Positions 17,711 to 26,700 of a stretch of DNA of 32,000 nt are shown in pieces. The notes beneath the pieces were generated by a model that saw nothing but the letters and a program-made list of their open reading frames with translations, searched no databases and was not told the DNA's origin. Position numbers and translations under genes: made by a program. How positions within the stretch are numbered: position 1 is the first letter of the stretch; each line of letters starts with the position of its first letter. The stretch is from Promethearchaeum syntrophicum (lineage in GTDB: Archaea; Asgardarchaeota; Lokiarchaeia; Sigyniarchaeales; Promethearchaeaceae): assembly GCF_008000775.2 (NCBI RefSeq), contig NZ_CP042905.2, positions 360,001 through 392,000 on the forward strand, in the 5' to 3' direction.

Positions 17711-20700
17711 ATGAATAATTCCCAAGAAGATAGCCAAAAATTTTTAAAAGTTACTAATCAATTAACAGATTTTGCCTTCATTTTAATTTTCATGATTGCA
17801 CTTCCCGGTATTATTGGAGTAATTGCTGGAGGAATTGCAATGTTATTTGTTGAAGAAGCATTTTTAATGGGAGAATTTTCACTTGGCACTTTCTTAGCTG
17901 GAATAACCTTTTCACTCCCAATTTTCTATTTACTCTTCTTAAAAACTCGCAAAAAGAAAATATGGTATGAAATCATTCCAATAAGTTATAATAAAGAACT
18001 CACAATTGGTATTTTAATCATTTATGTGCCAACTATTCTGACTTCCTTAATTTTTTATCTCTTCTCTTTAATGATGAATTATTCTAGTTTTGCATTCGAA
18101 TTTCAGTTTTTTATTCTCGCAATTCAGCCTTTAGAATCATTATTTTTCTGTAGATTTTTTAAAATCTTATTCCCAATAAGTGAATCTGTAAAAAAAACAG
18201 GGAATATTCCTGAAATATCAGCCAAACTCAATAAAGAATCTCTTCAAAAAGTAATTTTTAAAGAGTTTGTGATTAAAATAATTTTTGATATTATATGCTT
18301 AGTTTTATCCAATTCAATATTAATAATAATTCTAACAAATGTTATCGGGATTATCCTATATTTTACAACTAAAGATTTAATTTTTAAAGTAGGCAAATTA
18401 AAAACTCGTTTATCTGAATTTAAATTAATTCTAAATCTAAAATTCATTGGGTTTCTGTTAATAATTCAAAGTCTAATCCAGTTTTGGATATGCATATTTG
18501 AACCCAACTTAAATTTAGGTCTTTACATTATAATTACAGCCTTATTAACCATAAAAATATCATTTATCTTATTATATCAATACAGTAAACATCTTTTTAT
18601 AAATTTTCAAATTCGTGTGAAATGGTTTATTGGATTCATGATTAATGATATAATTACTATCGCGATTAATATTTTAGGTGTTATATATATCGTGGTTGAA
18701 GGTTTCAATGTTGAACCTTTTTGGGTATTTTCTGAGTGGTATTTATTAGGGATTTTTATTGTTTTTCTAATAGAAAATATTATTGAAAGACATTTTCATC
18801 TTTCATATAAATTACTTTCTACGTTATTCAACATGATTCAACTAATTGCAATTTATGCGATTATAGCTTTTCTATTAATTGATGTCGAATTATATCTCCA
18901 AATACTTATCTTCTCAGTATTATCAATTTCTATCCCAATAATTTTACATGAAATTAAAGCCATTTCAAAAAAAACTCAAATCATTATTCAAAATATCCTA
19001 TATATCCTAATTTTCTATGAAATTGGAATTTATTTTGCAGTTTTTACAACTGAAAATAATTTATTTATTACTGATTCTCAAATTTTCAATTACCTCTTCT
19101 TTTTATCTCTTAGCTCTCTAAGTTCGCTTTATCGGCTTTATTTTATAAAAATAAGAGGCTTTCAAACCAAATTTTTCTCACAATTAATTCTAATATTTCT
19201 ATTCATTAGCTTTTTTGGAATTTTTCAATTGATTGGAGGTGGCTTAATCGGAATTTCTGTTTTCCTTGTCGAATTTTTTGGAGATATTAATTCTACATTT
19301 CCAATATTTTTCCCAACTGGTTTACTCTCAAATTCATTAGAGAACATATCAAGTATATACAATCAAATTGGAGAAATCGCATTGGATTCGACATTTATTA
19401 TCAAATCAACAAACGGAATAGCAAGTGTATTGAATATTGCAGTTTCAGGTCTTCTATCCTTAGTAGGTTATAATATAATAATTCATTTGCATGAGAATTT
19501 TAAAGTTCTTTCCCCTTATGTTTTAAAATTTAATCAAATATTTAATCGCAGTCTGATTGGATTGTTAGCTTGTATAGGAATATTAGTAATGTTTCAGTCA
19601 ATTTCTGGAATAATTTTGTGTTTGATGTTCATTACTTACTTCAGTGTTTATATTTATGACTCGATTTATGAATTTAGGGAAGAAATACAAAAACCCTTGC
19701 GAAAATCAAAACTACAAGTAAAAAGTATTCTTTTTATCATAAACGCTATTGTGTCTTTGGCATTGTTTCTTTTCATAGGATTAGAATTCTTAGGTTTAGA
19801 TTTTACACTTTCATTTACAATTGCTTTAATTGCACTTTATCTTTATATTAACCTACTTCCTTCGATTAATTCGATTTTAAATCGCACATATAATGAGAAG
19901 AAGCTGTTAAATCTCTTAAATGCGTGCATTTTATTCCTAATTGGGATATTCTTAAATCCCTCAATTAATTTCTTGCTGTCTAGTTATATTAGTCCAGATC
20001 TTGAATTGGGAATCCTCAATTGGATATTAATTTCTGGTCTTTTTATATCACTCTTTTCGTTTTTATCTTTAAAACAGCTTAAATCAGGAAATTATGTTTT
20101 AGGAAAAATCTATGAAATTTCAAACATGCTATTACAATTTTTCTTTTGGTTTATGGCATCTGGATTTATTATATTTAACACATACAAAGTTCTTAATTAT
20201 CTCTTATTAATAATATCAATTAATTTACTTTTATTATCCGTTATATTTAAAATCAATAGTATATTAACTTTTAATAATATCTATCGTGAAGTATATTTAA
20301 CATGGATATACATGATGAGTATTACATGGGAATTAGGATTTGTTACTCTAATTTCGTCTTTTATTATTGCTTTTAATTATATTAATTTAGCTTTTCTTAT
20401 CTTCTTGGGATTACTAATATTAGGAATTTTAACTTACAGAAATATCAAGCAATATATCTCTATTTATCCTGCAAAAAAAGAACAGATTATAAAATTACTC
20501 GATTTTATACATTTGTTTAATCTAATTGTTACTATTGGAATTTTTCAAACTTTCTTTAGTTTTTTTTCTTCTTATCCCGTATTTTTACCACTCTCTTTCA
20601 TGTTAACATCAATTCTTACAAGTATAGTTTTTCATATATCAAAGATTGTTAAAAAATACCTTCCGGATAAAATCGCTATTATAATTGATGTTATATTATT

Positions 20701-23700
20701 ACTCACATTATCAACTTCTAGCATCATCTCAGTTCATTCGATATTTGAAAACTACCTTAATATTCAACTAATTTTTGATTACTCAATAATATTCTCTCTG
20801 GGAGTGGTTATAATTGGCCTAGCTACATTACTTTTAATTGCCTACTATTTAGAAAAGAGAAAAATAATCAATACTCTCACATGGAATTATATAAATTTTG
20901 TAATAATTCAATTGGAAATATTAATTAGCTTTTCGTTTATAATGTATTCCGAATTTGAATGGGTCATTAATAATTTAAATAGCGAATGGGATCAACTTTC
21001 AACTCCAATCACGTATTTAATTCTTGGAGGTATGATATTAGGGCTTTATCTTATATATAAATCATTTTTAAAGTTAAAATATTTAAATGAACATGCCAAG
21101 TTAACTTTACTACTCCTAATTCAAAAAAATTTTACCAGAATTATAGGAACTATAGTTATTTCAATATTTCCGATTATTTTCTTTAACTATGAATTAATAG
21201 GATTTTCAATAGCCTTCTTCTTGATTACTTTTGTATTAGTGTATAGTTTTAAGGAATTTCAAAATACATTTCCGGCTAATCAAAAATTAAATGTTTATTC
21301 GGATATAATCCTGATTTCTAATTTATTGTCAATTTTACTTTTAATTTATTCTATCAGCTCACATTTTATTGGATTGATAATTACTGAATCATTAATATTA
21401 TCCTTCATTACTTTTTGGATATTTCTCTACTTCCTTCCAATTCTTATAAAATATATCCCAGCAAGAATAAAACACGTGATTAATGCAATATTTATGCCTG
21501 TGTTTGCAGTATTAGTAAATATTTCTGTTTATTTGGAAATTTTGAAATTTGAGATTGATCTACTTCAAGATCATACTTTAATTTCAATTCTAATAGGATT
21601 AATACCTCTATTTGCTTCAATTTTATTCGCACTCAACCAATTACAAAAAGGAAAATACCTCAAAGATAAATTACATAAAAAAATTCATTTTCTATTTAAT
21701 ATGGGAATTTATTATGATTTATATGCAATCATAGTATCAGTGATGTTGATATATGTGATAGGATCAAGTAATCTAAATGTATACAGAATTTTATTTCATA
21801 CATCTTGGCCACTTTTGGGATTATTTTTTATTCTGAAGAGAATTGAAATGAAGAATTTTTATTCTGAGATTTCACATTTAAAACTAATTTTAAAGACCCA
21901 AATATTAATGTTTTGGGGGATTTCAACACTGGGTTTGCTCATAATTATAAATTATATATTTGTATTCAATCCTTTAGTCATTGCAATTACAATTTTTATT
22001 GAGACTTTTGTTTTATTTTATTCCATTCTATTATTTGATGAAATTTTGCCAAAATTACACAAATTCTTACTAATAATGAAGGAAATTTTGATTTATATTA
22101 ACCTAATTTCAATTTCATCCGTGATTTACTTTACTAGTAATGAACTATTAGGTTTAATTCCAACATTTTCATTTTTCATAGTGTTAATTATTGTTTCTGG
22201 ATTACTTTTCTCGATTCCTGTTTATAAAACAGGAACAATCCAAAAATCTCTTTATGAGATCATTTCGTTTCTTATTTTTAGTAGTTCAATTTTATTAGCA
22301 ATATCAATCAATCAAATGAATTTTCTTCCAGGAACATCTCCAACATATGCCTATTTTGGACTTCTTCTAATTCCTATTCTTGCCTCTTTTTTTAGCATCT
22401 TTCTCTTTAGTAAAAATACAATATCTAAAAGAATTGCTCGGAAGCTATATCAAAAAAATGAAATATTATTACTCATAAATGTCGCAATTCTAATTGCTTT
22501 ACTATCCAACGAAAATGGATTGAATAATTTTTCTCTGTTAATTTCTTCTTTAATTGTTACTGCTCTACTGGTTGTAGATTATTATACAATATTTCTTTTA
22601 ACAGATAAAAAAACTATTATCTTATCATTTTTCAGCGCATTATTATATAATTTAGTAGGAATTACCTTAGCCATTTCTTTACCTTTATTTGAAACCTTCG
22701 ATAACCCTATATTTATATTTATTCTTGTCCAATTGCCATTTCTGTTTGGAATATTTTATTTTGTGGATTGGGCAAACCGGAGAATTCAATCCGCTACAAA
22801 TTTGAAAGATTTGAACAAAAGACCATTTTCTAAATTATCAAACACTAAGAAAAATCATATTAATCAATCAGATGAACCTTTATTAATAGATAACAATGAA
22901 GAACCTTCTAATAATCCCTCCAAATTTGCCCCAACTACAATTATGAACCGGTTTGCACAATTTATTTCTGATAAATGGATAATCCTAGAAGTTTGTTTTA
23001 TATTTATTACACTCGGTCTAAATCTTTATTTAGGCATCAATATACTTTTAATTTCAGAAGAAATATTTACTCCCCTTCAAATCTTGCTAATTTGTTCTTT
23101 GATTGTTTCAGTTATTACCATATATCAACCTCATTCTCACAAGTTTTTAATTTATTACATTCAAACTCTTGTAACCCTTGGATTAAATTATATAATTTAT
23201 GACTCAACCTTATTCATTAGTGAGTTTCAGATACTTTTCGGTATAATTGCCGCAATTTTAATAAACAGATTGGCTACCAGACATTTTCCTATTAATAATC
23301 TTATTAAATACATTCAAAATTTCCTACTCTTAGGAATTTACTATTTCATTATTCATATCTATGGGTTTACTTTATCTTGGGAATTATTGATTAGCTGTAT
23401 TCTTTTCAGTATTTTTACCAGCCGATCTTATAAAAACTTAACCTTTAATTCATTCAAAGTTTGGGCTTTTTCCTATTTTACTTATGATATTTTAATCAAC
23501 TATTTATCTCAAACAGAATATCCCTTAATCCCTATTTTTGCAGCTTGTGCGATCGGTTTAACTTGGCAATGGATAGTGTTTTTAAAAGATTCTAAATGGT
23601 CAAACTCAATCATAAAATCGTTATTGGGATATATTGTAACAATTTCATGGATTTTCAATTATGCATATTTATTTATCATTAAAAATGAAATAATGGGATT

Positions 23701-26700
23701 AATTTCACCCCCAATTATGGCATTTGTAGTATTATTGTTGCTATTTTTAAAGAAAAAGATCATTATATTCCAGAAAGAAAAATTTTTAGATATTTTAATC
23801 TTAGGAGGTACATTTTTCTTTATCTATACTCTTGGACGTTATTATTTATTCGAAAACTACTACTTTTCTGTTGCATTGGCTTTAACCTTAGCTGGTGCAA
23901 TTTGTGGGTTCTTATTTATATTCATATTAGAATTTTTAAATGCGAAAATAAGAAAAGAACTATCCTTGGCTTTCTTTACTTGTGCTTCTTTATTAGCGGG
24001 AGTATTCACATTCCTAATTTTAATGGAACCTGTTATTTTTACTGAAACTGCTTGGGAAGTTGCTTTACCTATTGGATTTGACATAGCTCTCTTATTGTTT
24101 TATATTGGCATTGGGATATACAAACGTTCCTTTACAAAAATTTGGTCTGTTGGAGTATATGCTTGGATTCTTGCTCCTATTATTAATTTTATAATGATAT
24201 CACGTTTAATACGAGGAATTGATTCTGTTTCATCCGCTTTAGAAGTGTTCAATGTTTCTATTGATGGATCAATTATTCTATCCATAATAATCTGTACACT
24301 AATGTACTTGCCTATAATAATTACAAGATTATTGGAAAATTTAAATAAAATAATCTATATTTTCTGGCTAGAATTACTCGTATTTACTACTTGGGGGGCT
24401 GTAAATCTATTTCCACAAAGTATTCTTTTACAAATCCCATTCATATTTCTAATTGGATTAATATTATTTGTTCCCATATTTTATTACTATAAGCATTGGG
24501 CTTCTTTAAGTCTTATTTGGCCTTTAATTGCGGCTACTAATATAGCATTTGTCCTTAATTTTGTTGCTTTTCAACCAGAGTGGGAGATACCAATAGGAAT
24601 TTTAATCGGTGGTTTCTATATTTTGACTTTAGGATATTTCCCGAATATAAAGAAATCTAAATTAGCTAGTTCGTTAATTATTATTTTTGGGTATTTCACA
24701 ATTTTAACTAGCATTTTCTGGTTATTATATACATTTGTTATTATCATTTTTGACGATATAATTATTTCTGTGAATATTACTCTCATCGTAATATCTTTTG
24801 TTTTACTTACTGGAAAATACTTTAAACTGCGTGATTATTTAATAAAAATAGGGCACTCACTAATAGTAATTATAAATCTAGCAATTTTACTAGCAAGAAC
24901 ATTTTATATAATAGGAAATCATGAATACAAAACTTTTGGAATTTTCCTTGGAATCGCATTTGCTTTTGGAACAACTCTATCATTTCAAGCCCGGAAATAT
25001 TTACCCAAAATATTATTTGAATTAATCTGGTTTGGAATGGCAATATTCTTTGGGTTATCATTATTTGAATTGGGGTTAACAATTTTTGATATAGGGGGTT
25101 GGGCTTCTACAGGAATTTTAGTAATAGTAGCAACTTTGATTTACTTCCCAATAATAAGATCTTATTTAGGGTCCGTTTTTGTTTTACTTGTTAGTGGCAT
25201 CTCAATGGTTATAATGGAACTACTGATTTTAGCTTCTCCATTCGTATCTATGAATCAACCTTTATTGTTCTTGGATGTTCTATTTACATTGGAATTAACT
25301 TATATCTATTTTAGCAGTAAATCAAAAATTGGGTTACTTAAAGATAAAACTACGAATTTTGAAATAGCTTCTATTATTTGGGTTATTTTATCTACATTAT
25401 TTTCTATAACTTTCATTTTTATGATAAATATATATTTCCCAGAAGAAATTTTTTCAAAAATTTTAATCTTCTTAAACACTTTCGCACTACAGAATCTATT
25501 AACAACCTATTCCATAAGACGAAATGAGCTCTTTACACGATATAGAATCATTCAAAAAATCATTCCAATTTTCCACTTCTTACTGATATTTACAATTTAT
25601 CTTTCCACTTCAATATTTTGTGCAATTAAAATACCAGTTAATAGCATAATTGAAATATCCGAACAAAATTTTGCTATTGAAACTTTATATCGTTTTGCAA
25701 TTCTGTTCTTAATTCTATTTATCGAATTTTATGGAATTGATCGTAAAATTGTAAAATTAGTATCAAATAAAATTCGTTATCAATTAGATTGGATAAGTTT
25801 CTTCGCTTTTTCTGCATGTTTAACATTTGGGCTCTTTTTAAACATACATATATGGGAGGTCTCCTTATTAATTTGGTGTATTTTATTTTTTATCACTATA
25901 TTTCTCAATCAAAAAGCAGGTAATAAGATATTTCCTGAAATTCTTAAAATTGTAAATGTACTGTTAATAAATACTGCCATATTTAGTTATATTTGGAAAA
26001 TAAATAATATAACTGATAGCATCAGTAATTTTGAATTTGATTTGCTCTTATTAAATATCGCATTTAATATTGCACTAATATATCTTTTTATGAGATTGAA
26101 AATAATCAATCGAAAAGCGATTAAAGTCATTTTCTCGATTTTATCAATTACAATTGCATTATTTTGTGAGGAAATATCCAGAATTTATTTAATGAAACAT
26201 TTGATTCTTAATATTGCCGTATTCTTTTTCGTCTTTGCAATATTGAACACTTTTAACATAAAACGTGCAATATTAATTTATTTCTATTGGATTTTATTAG
26301 CATTCTCAATCTCCACCTTTTTGATGGAATTCATTCCATTTTTATACCATATGACAACCATTAATTATATTATTACCCTTTCGTTTATATTCGGTTTGCA
26401 ATTATCACTTTTATTCTATCTATTAGCAAATTCCTCCCCAAATTCCAACCTTGAGAATAATGATAAAAAAATTGGTATTTCCATAGTTCATCCAATATTG
26501 GATTCTTCTGAAATTGCTCACAAGATTTTTGTAACTTGGATGATTATTGAAGCATTCATTGTTTCAATTTCTATTGCTCAATTTTGGAATTATTTATTTA
26601 TTGATCTAATGTTTTCACATAAAGATTTTACAGGAGTAGAAAAATTTTTCTTATGGATTTCTATTATCCCGATTATTTTTGCATTCATGTTTTACCATTT